Positions 1 through 9,589 are shown, counted from the first letter of the stretch. The stretch: 52,505 nt of DNA from Candidatus Roizmanbacteria bacterium RIFOXYC1_FULL_41_16 (GCA_001788295.1 MGBO01000021.1:13906-66410), one strand, 5' to 3'. Program-made: numbers and translations. Notes: a model not told the origin generated them from the letters alone.

Positions 1-110
1 AGGAATTTATCGAGCCGTTTCTGCTTCAGATGGGATTAATTAATCGCTCTAGTCGTGGACGAATTGCCACTGAAAAAGCCTACGAACATCTGGAAATAAA
101 ACAGAAGTAG
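1..110 (+). CDS. ruvB: Holliday junction branch migration helicase RuvB, 3' end only (partial)
   Basis: Frame from nt 3 reads [35 protein letters not shown], matching the RuvB C-terminal EPYL..G...RTPRGR.AT..AY.HL motif; TAG ends at 110. Confidence 0.9.
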   Translation, partial: EFIEPFLLQMGLINRSSRGRIATEKAYEHLEIKQK

Positions 111-133
111 GATATTTTTATCTAAAAAATTTC

Positions 134-307
134 TTACTTAATTAGAGTTCTATCAATCTTTGATTTAAGTAAAGTCGCATGAAAACAAAATTTTCCTTGC
201 TGACAATTTAGACAAGTACTCTGGTGCATTAATAAATCAGTCCTAGCTCTGCTATAAGAATCTTGTTCAGGTACTTCTTCTTGATTAGGCTGTCTGTATT
301 CTTTCAT
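134..307 (-). CDS. Small 57-aa putative zinc-binding protein (H-x3-C-x2-C-x5-C), not in ORF track
   Basis: Hand translation: MKEYRQPNQEEVPEQDSYSRARTDLLMHQSTCLNCQQGKFCFHATLLKSKIDRTLIK*. It fills the ruvB-tRNA gap and has TGTTATAAT 10 nt upstream of the ATG. Confidence 0.6.
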   Translation of the reverse strand: MKEYRQPNQEEVPEQDSYSRARTDLLMHQSTCLNCQQGKFCFHATLLKSKIDRTLIK

Positions 308-317
308 AATTCAGACT

Positions 318-326
318 ATTATAACA
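318..326 (-). promoter_or_regulatory. Extended -10 promoter (TGtTATAAT) for the small Zn-motif ORF
   Basis: Reverse complement reads TGTTATAAT-agtctgaatt-ATG. Confidence 0.55.
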
Positions 327-343
327 CACTAAGTATGTCTTTG

Positions 344-415
344 TCGGAGACCGGGGAATTGAACCCCGTACCTCTCGGTCCCAAACCGAGCGTTCTTCCG
401 GTGAACTAGTCTCCG
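344..415 (-). tRNA. tRNA-Pro(TGG)
   Basis: Cloverleaf on the minus strand: acceptor CGGAGAC/GTCTCCG, D-stem GTTC/GAAC, anticodon arm CTCGG-TTTGGGA-CCGAG, T-loop TTCAATT; CCA not encoded. Confidence 0.95.
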
Positions 416-421
416 AATAAG

Positions 422-505
422 TGCCGGGAGAGGGACTCGAACCCTCACGCCCTTTTGGGACACAGGATTTTAAGTCCTGCTTGTCTACCATTCCAACATC
501 CCGGC
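422..505 (-). tRNA. tRNA-Leu(TAA)
   Basis: Acceptor GCCGGGA/TCCCGGC, anticodon arm CAGGA-CTTAAAA-TCCTG, long variable arm (TCCCAAAAGGG), T-loop TTCGAGT; CCA not encoded. Confidence 0.95.
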
Positions 506-547
506 AATCCGATTTTCTCAGGTTTGATATATTATATATTATACAAG

Positions 548-1957
548 ATGAAAACTAAGCTGAGGTTTCTTCTGTTTGGACTGCTCTTTTTGGTTTCTTT
601 TTTTATTTTAAATTTTATTTCCACCAATCAGATTCCTTTTTTATCCCGCGCTTTCTACCAAAAAGCCAATCTGGTTATTGATGCCAAAGATTTTGTTGGG
701 CCACTTCAACACAACTGGCAAGCGCTGGCTCAAGGCGGCGAGGAAAGCGGAGTCCGGATGCTGGAAAACGTGTCTTTGCCAGCCTCAGCTTTGGCTCCCA
801 GATACATTCGGCTCGATCATATCTATGATTTTTACAATGTTGTTTCCCGAGACTCAAACAATCAACTTCAATTTAATTGGACAGAGCTCGACGCTACCGT
901 TTGTGACATTTACCGGATGGGCGCCAAGCCTTTTTTTGTCTTGGGTTATATGCCCCCAACACTTTCCTCAGACGGCAGTTTAATTTCTACACCCAAAGAC
1001 TGGTCCGAATGGTCACTCTTAGTGCAAAAAACAGTTGAGCGTTATAGCGGTTTGGATACTCGTCTGTGCGGCGGAGTTTATGCCGACTGGCTCAAGGATA
1101 TCTATTATGAGGTTTGGAATGAACCGGATCTGGAGGGATTTGGCAAGTGGAGTATTTATGGCGGAAAAGATTACCGCGCCCTTTACTATTATTCTGCCAA
1201 AGGGGCAATGGCGGCCCAAAACGTCAATCATTATCTGATTGGTGGCCCAGTCACGACCAGACCGTATCGCAACTGGTTTTTGGGACTAATTAACTACACC
1301 AAGCAGCAAAATTTGCCTCTTGATTTCATTTCCTGGCACCATTATTCGACTGACACCAATGATTTCAGCAACGAGTTACGCAATATTGGCTCTTGGTTGA
1401 GTGATCCGACCCTTAAGAAATATCGTGAACTGCCTAAGATCATCTCAGAATGGGGTTATGATTCAAATCGCAATCCAATTGCCGACACCAATGTTGGTGC
1501 GGCCCACACTGTCGCTACTATCCGTGATCTTATTGACCAAAAAGTCGAGATGGCCTTTGCTTTTGAACTTAAGGATGGTTTAAATCCCAGTTGGGGAATT
1601 TTTACTTATGAAGGACAACCCAAGCCCCGTTTTTACGCTCTCAAGCTTCTGAATGTTTTGGGTCGCCATCGTTTGGCCGTTCAAGGCGAGGGCTCGATTG
1701 TCAAAGCAATTGCCTCAACCGGCGCCGCTGGTCGCATCAGTTTGGTCGTAGTTAACTATGATCCCACCAACAGTCGGATGGAAGCCGTACCTCTCACAAT
1801 CAACAACTTAGCCAATGGCACCTACCGAATAGTCCAAACCGATTTGCAGGAACAGCAAATGACTGAGGATGTTATGATCCAAACCGGAGAAATCAAACGA
1901 ATGTTATTACTGAACCCAAATCAGGTCGTCAGTTTGGAAATTAGCCAGCTTCAATGA
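548..1957 (+). CDS. Membrane-anchored/secreted glycoside hydrolase family 39 (clan GH-A) protein
   Basis: Motifs YIRLDH, YEVWNEPD (acid/base), LDFISWHHY, IISEWG (nucleophile) and a C-terminal beta-sandwich. Start moved to ATG 548 (MKTKLRFLLFGLLFLVSFF, signal/TM) because the track's upstream part overlaps tRNA-Leu; TATATT lies 7 nt upstream. Confidence 0.8.
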   Translation: MKTKLRFLLFGLLFLVSFFILNFISTNQIPFLSRAFYQKANLVIDAKDFVGPLQHNWQALAQGGEESGVRMLENVSLPASALAPRYIRLDHIYDFYNVVSRDSNNQLQFNWTELDATVCDIYRMGAKPFFVLGYMPPTLSSDGSLISTPKDWSEWSLLVQKTVERYSGLDTRLCGGVYADWLKDIYYEVWNEPDLEGFGKWSIYGGKDYRALYYYSAKGAMAAQNVNHYLIGGPVTTRPYRNWFLGLINYTKQQNLPLDFISWHHYSTDTNDFSNELRNIGSWLSDPTLKKYRELPKIISEWGYDSNRNPIADTNVGAAHTVATIRDLIDQKVEMAFAFELKDGLNPSWGIFTYEGQPKPRFYALKLLNVLGRHRLAVQGEGSIVKAIASTGAAGRISLVVVNYDPTNSRMEAVPLTINNLANGTYRIVQTDLQEQQMTEDVMIQTGEIKRMLLLNPNQVVSLEISQLQ

Positions 1958-3168
1958 ACCTTAGTTACGCGTTGCGACCAAAGACACTGTCTGAATTTAT
2001 CGGACAGGAACATCTGGTTGGCAAAGACCAGCTTCTTTTTCGGCTTTTTCAATCACAAAACCTGATTTCTCTGATTTTCTGGGGCCCGCCAGGCAGCGGT
2101 AAAACCACGCTCGCCAATTTGATTGCCAAACAATTTAAAGCTGATTTCTATTCGCTATCGGCAGTTGCCAGCGGTAAAAAGGATCTCCAACTAATTATTG
2201 CCAAGGCCAGACAAAATCAGATCCAAGGTCGCCAGACCTTGCTTTTTATCGACGAAATTCACCGTTGGAACAAAGCCCAGCAAGATACTCTTTTGCCTTA
2301 TGTTGAATCAGGATTAGTCATCCTCATTGGCGCGACCACCGAAAACCCCAGTTTTGAGATCATTGGTCCGCTGTTATCTCGCTCCAAATTGTTGATTTTT
2401 AACAAACTTACGGATCAAAATTTAAAAACAATAATCAAGCGCGCCATTACAAACAAAAGTTTGGGAATTGCCAAATATGGCAAGAGCTTGGATAAATCAG
2501 CGATGGATTTACTCATTCGGTTAAGCGGCGGTGACGCCAGAATTGCTTTAAACGCGCTTGAGATTGCCATTTACTCTTACCGAGACAAAATTATCACTGC
2601 AGAGATAATCAAAAATATCTTTCAGACCAAGTCAGCCGGCCTTTATGACAAAGACGCCGATCAACATTATCACACTATTTCCGCTTTTATCAAATCCATG
2701 CGCGGGTCTGATGTCGACGCCAGTCTTTATTATCTGGCCCGAATGCTGGAGAGCGGGGAAGACCCCAAGTTTATTGCCCGCCGAATGATTATTTTTGCGT
2801 CTGAGGATATTGGCTTAGCGGATCGTGGTGCCCTTATTCAAGCCAACGCCGCTTTTGAGGCGGTCACCAAGATTGGCTTGCCTGAGGCCAAACTGATTCT
2901 CGCTCACATTGTCATTTATTTGGCTTTGGCCAAAAAGTCTCGCAGTGTTGCCAATGCCTTGTCTAAAGCCATTAAAGCTGTCTACGATTATCCAAACGAG
3001 CCGGTTCCTTTACATCTTCGTAATCCTAGTACTTTACTAAATAAAAATCTTGGCTATGGCCAAAACTATGCTTGGAGCGAACAATTTGTTGGGCCAACTA
3101 AAGCCCTGTCTTTTCTGCCAGACAAGCTCAAAAAGCAGCGTTTTTATTCCTCAATAAAAGAGGGGTGA
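1954..3168 (+). CDS. rarA: Replication-associated recombination protein A (MgsA/RarA AAA+ ATPase)
   Basis: LRP.TL.EFIGQ.HL, Walker A GPPGSGKT, Walker B FIDEIHR, GATTENPSF, SAFIKSMRGSD, ASEDIGLAD. Confidence 0.95.
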   Translation: MNLSYALRPKTLSEFIGQEHLVGKDQLLFRLFQSQNLISLIFWGPPGSGKTTLANLIAKQFKADFYSLSAVASGKKDLQLIIAKARQNQIQGRQTLLFIDEIHRWNKAQQDTLLPYVESGLVILIGATTENPSFEIIGPLLSRSKLLIFNKLTDQNLKTIIKRAITNKSLGIAKYGKSLDKSAMDLLIRLSGGDARIALNALEIAIYSYRDKIITAEIIKNIFQTKSAGLYDKDADQHYHTISAFIKSMRGSDVDASLYYLARMLESGEDPKFIARRMIIFASEDIGLADRGALIQANAAFEAVTKIGLPEAKLILAHIVIYLALAKKSRSVANALSKAIKAVYDYPNEPVPLHLRNPSTLLNKNLGYGQNYAWSEQFVGPTKALSFLPDKLKKQRFYSSIKEG

Positions 3169-3182
3169 TATAATAAAGTGTC

Positions 3183-3254
3183 GCCGCCCTAGCTCAACGG
3201 TAGAGCATCCGCTTTGTAAGCGGCAGGTTGGGGGTTCGATTCCTCTGGGCGGCT
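3183..3254 (+). tRNA. tRNA-Thr(TGT)
   Basis: Acceptor GCCGCCC/GGGCGGC, D-stem GCTC/GAGC, anticodon loop TTTGTAA, T-loop TTCGATT; TGATATAAT just upstream; CCA not encoded. Confidence 0.95.
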
Positions 3255-3339
3255 CATTCAAACAAGCCAAAGCCTGATTTTTAATCCTATAGCAATTATT
3301 ATTTAGAGTGTTCTTAGGCGCCAAACTCAGCAGACCCTG

Positions 3340-3368
3340 TTGCTTAACCTAACATCTTCTGCTATAAT
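3340..3368 (+). promoter_or_regulatory. Sigma70-type promoter of the gyrB operon
   Basis: TTGCTT-17 nt-TATAAT with an extended TG; ATG 8 nt downstream. Confidence 0.7.
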
Positions 3369-3376
3369 GGTTGCCT

Positions 3377-5278
3377 ATGGTTTATGATGCCAAAAGCGTT
3401 GTTGTTCTGGAGGGCCTGGAACCGGTCCGTAAGCGTCCGGCAATGTATATTGGTACCACTTCTATTGATGGCGTTCAGCATTGTCTCAACGAAATCATCG
3501 ACAATTCAATCGACGAAGCCTTGGCTGGTTTTGCCTCAACTATTCAAATCACTATTCATCAAAACAATTACTTTACCGTAGTCGACAATGGTCGTGGCAT
3601 TCCGGTTGATATGATGCCACAGTACCACAAAAGTGCTTTGGAAATTCTTTTAACTAAACTTCATGCCGGCGCCAAATTTGACAGCAAAACTTATAAAGTC
3701 TCCGGCGGTTTGCACGGCGTCGGTTCCAGTGTTGTCAATGCGCTCTCAGACGATTTTGTTGCCGAGGTCCGGCGCGATAATCAGTTTTATCGGATGGAAT
3801 TTTCACGCGGCGTACCCAAAACGGGCTTGCAAAAGTCAGCCAAAAGCCAGCTTGGACTGGCCTCAACCACCGGCACGGCCATTTCCTTTCATCCGGATCT
3901 AGAGATTTTCAAAACCGGAATCGAATTGGATATTAAGCGAGTTCTTAAGCAAGTCAAAGAACGAGCCTATCTTTCTCCAGGTGTTTTTTTCAAGGTCTTT
4001 GATGAGCGGATCAATCTTAAAAAAGGCTATTATTTTCAAGGCGGGATTAAATCCCTGGTTGAGGACATTAACATAAATAAAAAACCGCTTCACCCAACTA
4101 TTTATTTTAAAGACGAGAAAGATTCCATTCAGGTCGAAGTCGCGCTTCAATATACGGACGCCATTAAGGAAAGTCTTTACTCCTTTGTGAACGTCATCAA
4201 CACCAAAGAAGGTGGCACTCATGTCACTGGTTTTAAAACCGCCCTTACCAAAATCATCAACGACTATGGCAACAGCCAGGGTGTGATCAAAAAGGGGAAT
4301 TTATCCGGAGACGATACTAAAGACGGTCTTACTGCCGTCATTTACCTGAAAATGCCAGCCACCGACCTTCAGTTTGAGGGCCAAACCAAGACTAAGCTCG
4401 GTAATTCCGAGGCCCAGGGAATTGTTCTCCAGATTGTCAAAGATCATCTGACCCGTTATTTTGAAGAAAACCCAAGCGCCGCTAGCGCCATTATGCAAAA
4501 GGTGTTAGTGACTCAGCAAGCTCGACTGGCAGCCAAAGCGGCCCGAGACTCAGTCATTCGAAAAAGCGCGCTTGAGGGCGCCACTCTTCCGGGTAAGCTG
4601 GCCGATTGTCGCGAAAAAGACCCGGCCAAATCCGAACTGTTTATTGTTGAAGGCGATTCGGCTGGCGGTAGTGCTAAGCAAGGCCGCGATCGCCATTTTC
4701 AGGCTATTTTGCCACTGCGAGGTAAGATCCTTAATTCAGAGAAGTCATATTTAGATCGAGTGATGACTTTTAAAGAGTTGCGGGATTTGGTCGTCGCCAT
4801 TGGCACCGGTATTTCCGATTTGTTTGACTACAAAAAACTCAGATACCACAAAATTATCATTATGACCGACGCCGATGTCGATGGCGAGCACATCATGACG
4901 CTCATTCTTACTTTTTTCTTCAGGCATTTACCCGAGATTGTTGAAAAAGGCCACATCTATATCGCTCAACCGCCATTGTTTAAATTAAGCGCCAACAAAA
5001 AAGTTTATTATGCTTATTCCGAAGCGGAAATGAACAGAATTGCCAAGGAAAAGTTCAGTGGCAATTATTCTCTACAAAGATACAAAGGTTTGGGTGAAAT
5101 GAATCCTGAACAACTTTGGAGCACGACCATGAATCCGGAAAATCGTGTTTTAAGAGTTATTAATGTCGAGGACTCGCAAGAGGCCGACCAAACTTTTAGC
5201 ATGTTAATGGGTGAAGAAGTACCGCCTCGCAAGAAATTCATCCAGACACACGCCAAAAGCGCCAATTTGGATATTTAA
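3377..5278 (+). CDS. gyrB: DNA gyrase subunit B
   Basis: LEGLEPVRKRPAMYIG, EIIDNSIDE, DNGRGIP, SGGLHGVG, LPGKLADC, EGDSAGG, PLRGKILN, MTDADVDG, QRYKGLGEMNP. Start taken at ATG 3377 rather than TTG 3371. Confidence 0.95.
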   Translation: MVYDAKSVVVLEGLEPVRKRPAMYIGTTSIDGVQHCLNEIIDNSIDEALAGFASTIQITIHQNNYFTVVDNGRGIPVDMMPQYHKSALEILLTKLHAGAKFDSKTYKVSGGLHGVGSSVVNALSDDFVAEVRRDNQFYRMEFSRGVPKTGLQKSAKSQLGLASTTGTAISFHPDLEIFKTGIELDIKRVLKQVKERAYLSPGVFFKVFDERINLKKGYYFQGGIKSLVEDININKKPLHPTIYFKDEKDSIQVEVALQYTDAIKESLYSFVNVINTKEGGTHVTGFKTALTKIINDYGNSQGVIKKGNLSGDDTKDGLTAVIYLKMPATDLQFEGQTKTKLGNSEAQGIVLQIVKDHLTRYFEENPSAASAIMQKVLVTQQARLAAKAARDSVIRKSALEGATLPGKLADCREKDPAKSELFIVEGDSAGGSAKQGRDRHFQAILPLRGKILNSEKSYLDRVMTFKELRDLVVAIGTGISDLFDYKKLRYHKIIIMTDADVDGEHIMTLILTFFFRHLPEIVEKGHIYIAQPPLFKLSANKKVYYAYSEAEMNRIAKEKFSGNYSLQRYKGLGEMNPEQLWSTTMNPENRVLRVINVEDSQEADQTFSMLMGEEVPPRKKFIQTHAKSANLDI

Positions 5279-5299
5279 TTAATAGTTTATTTAATATTG

Positions 5300-5812
5300 A
5301 TGAACTTTAGCAAACTGCCACTTGAGCTAGAAAAGCTCCCTAATATAATGGTTTTTGTCGAAATTCCCATGGACAGCAAGGTTAAATATGAAATCGATGA
5401 AAAAACCGGCTTTTTGATGGCCGATCGTTTTTTATTTACAGCGATGAAATTTCCTTTTAATTACGGTTTTATTCCTAATTCCGTGGGTGAAGACAACGAT
5501 CCTTTAGATGTGTTATTACTGGCTTCAGAAACTGTGTCTGCCGGAGCGGTCGTTAAAGCCAAGATCATCGGTATGCTGGAAATGAAAGACGAGGCCGGAA
5601 TTGACACCAAATTAATTGCCGTGCCCATTAAGAAAATCGATCCCTTATACGGCGTGTACGAGAATATCGACGATATTCCAGTTGCAGTAAAAGACAAAAT
5701 CAAGCATTTCTTTGATCATTATAAAGAATTAGAGCCAGGCAAGTGGGTCAAAACCGAGCGTTTTCTTGACCAAAACAAAGCTTTGGCTCTTGTCAAAAAG
5801 TTGTCAAAGTAA
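5300..5812 (+). CDS. ppa: Soluble family I inorganic pyrophosphatase
   Basis: VEIP..S.VKYE.D, NYGFIP, DNDPLD, G.L.M.DE.G.D.K, HFFDHYKELE. Confidence 0.95.
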   Translation: MNFSKLPLELEKLPNIMVFVEIPMDSKVKYEIDEKTGFLMADRFLFTAMKFPFNYGFIPNSVGEDNDPLDVLLLASETVSAGAVVKAKIIGMLEMKDEAGIDTKLIAVPIKKIDPLYGVYENIDDIPVAVKDKIKHFFDHYKELEPGKWVKTERFLDQNKALALVKKLSK

Positions 5813-5819
5813 ATAATAC

Positions 5820-8300
5820 ATGACTACCATAATCCCCACAGACATCACTCAGGAAATGAAGCGATCCTATCTGGATTACGCCATGAGTGTGATTGTGGCC
5901 CGCGCTTTGCCAGACGTACGGGACGGTCTCAAACCCGTACAGCGCCGGATTATTTATACCATGCACAAGCTTGGCTTGTCCTCCACTAGCCGCTATTCCA
6001 AAAGCGCCAAGGTAGTCGGTGAAGTTTTGGGTAAATACCATCCTCACGGCGATTCACCGGTTTATGAGGCGATGGTCAGAATGGCTCAGGAGTTTTCAAT
6101 GCGTAATCCCTTAATCAAGGGTCAGGGTAACTTTGGTTCAATTGACGGTGATCCGCCGGCAGCTATGCGTTATACCGAGGCCAAACTAGCCAAAATTAGC
6201 GACGAGTTGTTGGCTGATTTACACAAAAATACGGTCCAATTTCGGGATAACTTCGATGCCACTCTGCAGGAGCCGGATTGTTTGCCGGCCATGATTCCTA
6301 ATTTATTGGTAAATGGCTCAGAGGGAATCGCGGTTGGAATGGCCACCAAGATTCCGCCACATAATTTAAAGGAACTTCTCCAAGGTTTACTATTAATGCT
6401 AGAGAAGCCGGTTTATAGCACACAGGTTAGCCTGGATGAGGCGGCCAAATCCGTGGGTTTTAACGTCACTTTGGAGGAACTGATGCAGTTTATTAAAGGC
6501 CCGGATTTTCCGACAGGCGGCCATGTTTACAGCAAAAAAGATATTTATCAGGCTTACCTTACCGGTCGCAACTCATTACTGATGCGGGGAGTCGCCAAAA
6601 TTGAGGAAATTGGCAAGGGCAAAGAAGCGATTATCATTACCGAGCTTCCTTATCAGGTCAACAAAGCCACTTTGGTTCAGAAAATTGCTTCCCTGGTTCA
6701 AGACAAAAATATTGTCGGTATTTCGGACCTTAGAGACGAGTCTGATCGACGGGGGATTCGCGTGGTTGTTGAACTCAAACGTGATGCCGTCGCCAAAAAA
6801 ATTCTCAACAATTTGTTTCTTAAAACTCAGTTGCAAAACACCTTTCCAGTTAATATTGTCGCCCTTGTCGAGGGCGTTCCGCAAACATTATCGCTCAAAA
6901 CCATTCTTGAATTGTTTCTCAGGCATCGCTCCCATGTTGTCATTGCCCGCACCCGTTTTGATCTTGAGCAAGCCAAACACCAGGCTCATATCTTAGAGGG
7001 TTTATTGATTGCCATTGATAACATTGACGAAGTCGTCGAGATTATCAAAAAGTCAGCCAGTGAATCAATCGCCAAAGAACGTTTGATTGCCCGATTTAAA
7101 TTATCCGAGATTCAAACCCAGGCGATTTTAGATATGCAGCTCAAAAAACTGACTGGCTTGGAAAAAGACAAGCTGCAACAACAACTTTTGGAATTACGTA
7201 AAGAAATTACCAGATTGGAAAAAATTCTCAGTTCCTTGGCCAATATTTTTGCCGAGATCAAAAAAGAGTTTCTACTTCTGATGGAGAAATACAAAGAAGG
7301 TCGACGTACCAAAGTAATCGCCTCACGCCCGGGTGAGTTTTCCGAGGAGGAACTGATCGAAAACAAAGATACTTATATTTTATTGACTCACAACGGTTAC
7401 ATCAAACAACTACCCAAAAGCGTGTTTAAAGTCCAAAAACGCGGCGGCAAGGGGGTTTCGGCAATCAAAACCCACGAGGACGACGAAGTCATGAAACTGG
7501 AGTACTGCCAGACTCACGACAATCTTTTGTTTTTTACCAATCAGGGTCGTGTTTTCCAGCTGCGAGCTTGGGAAATTCCCGAAAGCTCACGACAATCCAA
7601 AGGTAAAGCCATTGTCAATCTGGTCAATCTTAACGGCCATGAAAAAATCACCACTTTCTTTCCTTTAAATCTGGAGGACAGTCGTGACGATCGGGCTTTC
7701 TTGTTTGTCACTAAGCACGGCGTGGTCAAAAAAACTTCATTATCCGAGTACAACAATATCAGAGCCAACGGTTTGATTTCAATTAAACTCAAGAGTGGCG
7801 ACGAACTTATTAGTGTTGAAATGGTCAGGAAAGACAACTTTGTTTTTCTGGTTTCCTCAGGCGGCAAAGCCATCACTTTTAATGAAAAAAATGTCCGTAG
7901 TATGGGCCGAATGGCGAGCGGGGTACGCGGTATCAAGCTTCGAGCTCAAGAAGTAGTCTCTTCAGTCAGTATTGTGCCTTTAAAAACCATTGAGAACAGC
8001 TTTATTCTGATCATTACCAAAAAAGGCTATGGAAAACTGGTTAAGGCCAAACAGTTTAAGTCACAAAACCGCGGTGGCATTGGCATTAAAGCCGCCAATA
8101 TTACCGAAAAAACCGGTTCAATTGTTTTTTCTTCGCTGATAGACAATCTGGAGTCAGAAATGGTTTTGTCTTCCTACAGTGGTCAGACGGTCAAGGTTCC
8201 GGTCAAATCAATGCCGATTTTGTCTAGAAATACACAGGGGGTTATTTTAATGCGCTTTTCCCAGACCAAGGATGGAATTGCGGCGGCAACATTAATCTAA
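5820..8300 (+). CDS. gyrA: DNA gyrase subunit A
   Basis: [30 protein letters not shown], catalytic AAMRYTE. GyrA-box QKRGGKG in the beta-pinwheel distinguishes it from ParC. Confidence 0.95.
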   Translation: MTTIIPTDITQEMKRSYLDYAMSVIVARALPDVRDGLKPVQRRIIYTMHKLGLSSTSRYSKSAKVVGEVLGKYHPHGDSPVYEAMVRMAQEFSMRNPLIKGQGNFGSIDGDPPAAMRYTEAKLAKISDELLADLHKNTVQFRDNFDATLQEPDCLPAMIPNLLVNGSEGIAVGMATKIPPHNLKELLQGLLLMLEKPVYSTQVSLDEAAKSVGFNVTLEELMQFIKGPDFPTGGHVYSKKDIYQAYLTGRNSLLMRGVAKIEEIGKGKEAIIITELPYQVNKATLVQKIASLVQDKNIVGISDLRDESDRRGIRVVVELKRDAVAKKILNNLFLKTQLQNTFPVNIVALVEGVPQTLSLKTILELFLRHRSHVVIARTRFDLEQAKHQAHILEGLLIAIDNIDEVVEIIKKSASESIAKERLIARFKLSEIQTQAILDMQLKKLTGLEKDKLQQQLLELRKEITRLEKILSSLANIFAEIKKEFLLLMEKYKEGRRTKVIASRPGEFSEEELIENKDTYILLTHNGYIKQLPKSVFKVQKRGGKGVSAIKTHEDDEVMKLEYCQTHDNLLFFTNQGRVFQLRAWEIPESSRQSKGKAIVNLVNLNGHEKITTFFPLNLEDSRDDRAFLFVTKHGVVKKTSLSEYNNIRANGLISIKLKSGDELISVEMVRKDNFVFLVSSGGKAITFNEKNVRSMGRMASGVRGIKLRAQEVVSSVSIVPLKTIENSFILIITKKGYGKLVKAKQFKSQNRGGIGIKAANITEKTGSIVFSSLIDNLESEMVLSSYSGQTVKVPVKSMPILSRNTQGVILMRFSQTKDGIAAATLI

Positions 8301-9161
8301 ATGAAAATCGATTGCCAGATTCTTTATGATCAGCTGCTGGACGATGTCCGGCAAAAGCTCAACAAGGGTAATATTGCCAAAATCCCGCCCAAAATGGTTA
8401 TCTTCTCGATTGCGCCGGATAAGCTGACTCAAATTTTCCTAAAGCAAAAACAAAAGCTGGCCGAAAGTTTGGGAATTGTTTGTCAGATCATCAGTTATGA
8501 TCAAGTCCCGCTGTTTCAACAATTTGCAACCGATATTAGGACATCAGCCAACAGCCGCAAAACTCATGCGGTCATTATCCAGCGGCCACTTCCTTCTGAA
8601 TTGACCTCGGCCACTCTGGAGAATTTTATTCCCTTGCTTAAGGAAGTTGAGGGCACCAAGTACAAAACGCCATATCAATCACCGGTTGGTTTGGCCACTC
8701 TTTCAATTCTCAAATATATTGCCACTGATTTTAATCAATGGAAAATTAAACCCAAAGACACGGAGTTTTTCAAACGGCATTTTAAGAAAAAGTTCATTGT
8801 TTTGGCCGGCCGCGGACGCACAACTGGCTCGCCAATTGCCAATACCCTGGTTCAGTATAAATTAGCCATGGTTATTACACATTCTCATACACCCAATCCG
8901 GAGAATTTTTACCGCCAGGCCGATATTGTTATCACTTCAACCGGAAAACCGGTGATTACGGCTGAAAATATCAAACAAGGCGCCACACTCATTAATTTTG
9001 GCTATCGTCGAGAAGACGACAAAACAGTGGGGGATTACCTTGAATCAGAAGTCGAAGAGAAAGCGGCCTATTACACGCCGGTTATTCACGGTACTGGACC
9101 TTTGAGTCTGGCTTACCTAATGAAGAATGTTGTCGACGCCTACCTCCGTCAAGAAAAATAA
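8301..9161 (+). CDS. folD: FolD-like methylenetetrahydrofolate dehydrogenase/cyclohydrolase family protein (divergent)
   Basis: Length and layout match FolD (IIQRPLP, GRGRTTG, HSHT, ADIVITSTGKP, YTPV..G.GP), but several canonical motifs are substituted. Confidence 0.7.
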   Translation: MKIDCQILYDQLLDDVRQKLNKGNIAKIPPKMVIFSIAPDKLTQIFLKQKQKLAESLGIVCQIISYDQVPLFQQFATDIRTSANSRKTHAVIIQRPLPSELTSATLENFIPLLKEVEGTKYKTPYQSPVGLATLSILKYIATDFNQWKIKPKDTEFFKRHFKKKFIVLAGRGRTTGSPIANTLVQYKLAMVITHSHTPNPENFYRQADIVITSTGKPVITAENIKQGATLINFGYRREDDKTVGDYLESEVEEKAAYYTPVIHGTGPLSLAYLMKNVVDAYLRQEK

Positions 9162-9168
9162 CCCTCCG

Positions 9169-9187
9169 TTCCATTTCGGGAATGGAA
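9169..9187. terminator. Short hairpin between convergent genes, possible bidirectional terminator
   Basis: TTCCATT-TCGGG-AATGGAA in the 33-nt gap between two stop codons; no clear U-tract. Confidence 0.35.
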
Positions 9188-9194
9188 TAGCTTG

Positions 9195-9584
9195 TTAGGA
9201 CTTGCTTTTCTTTTTGAATAAATCCTTGGCTTCGTCTGAGCCAACATAACATTTGCCATTATCATAGACAAATGGCACGCCAATACTACTGGTATCTAAT
9301 CCACAAATCTTAGCCGCTTGCTGAAGTTGGTCGGCGTTGGCTTTATTTTGATAAACTTCTTTTTTATCAAACTTTACTTTTTTGGCAATCTGGTTCTCCT
9401 CAAGCCATATATTCAGTTCTTTACAATGAGGACAAGTATTGCCGTAAAAGTATATAAAGGCGTCTTTTTTAAGAGTGGTAAGGGGAGTGACTGATGAAGA
9501 ATTCTGTGTTGCGGTATAAACCAAGAACAAAGTTCCAAAAAGAGCGACTAAAATAATGATCAAAGCAAACAGTTGTTGTTTCAT
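9195..9584 (-). CDS. Membrane-anchored thioredoxin/glutaredoxin-fold protein (CPHC)
   Basis: N-terminal TM helix, YFYGNTCPHC, cis-Pro motif GVP, and a second Cys pair (ICGLD...KCYVG). Confidence 0.8.
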   Translation of the reverse strand: MKQQLFALIIILVALFGTLFLVYTATQNSSSVTPLTTLKKDAFIYFYGNTCPHCKELNIWLEENQIAKKVKFDKKEVYQNKANADQLQQAAKICGLDTSSIGVPFVYDNGKCYVGSDEAKDLFKKKSKS

Positions 9585-9589
9585 TTTGG

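Noticed and set aside
285-491. 68-aa ORF on the minus strand in the ORF track
   Set aside because: It is the read-through of tRNA-Leu and tRNA-Pro, not a protein gene.
455-547. N-terminal extension of the GH39 ORF
   Set aside because: Overlaps tRNA-Leu on the opposite strand; ATG 548 gives a proper signal/TM start with a -10 box.
5820-8300. Possibility that the topoisomerase pair is ParE/ParC or contains inteins
   Set aside because: GyrA-box QKRGGKG is present; lengths are normal and no intein splice motifs or large insertions are seen.
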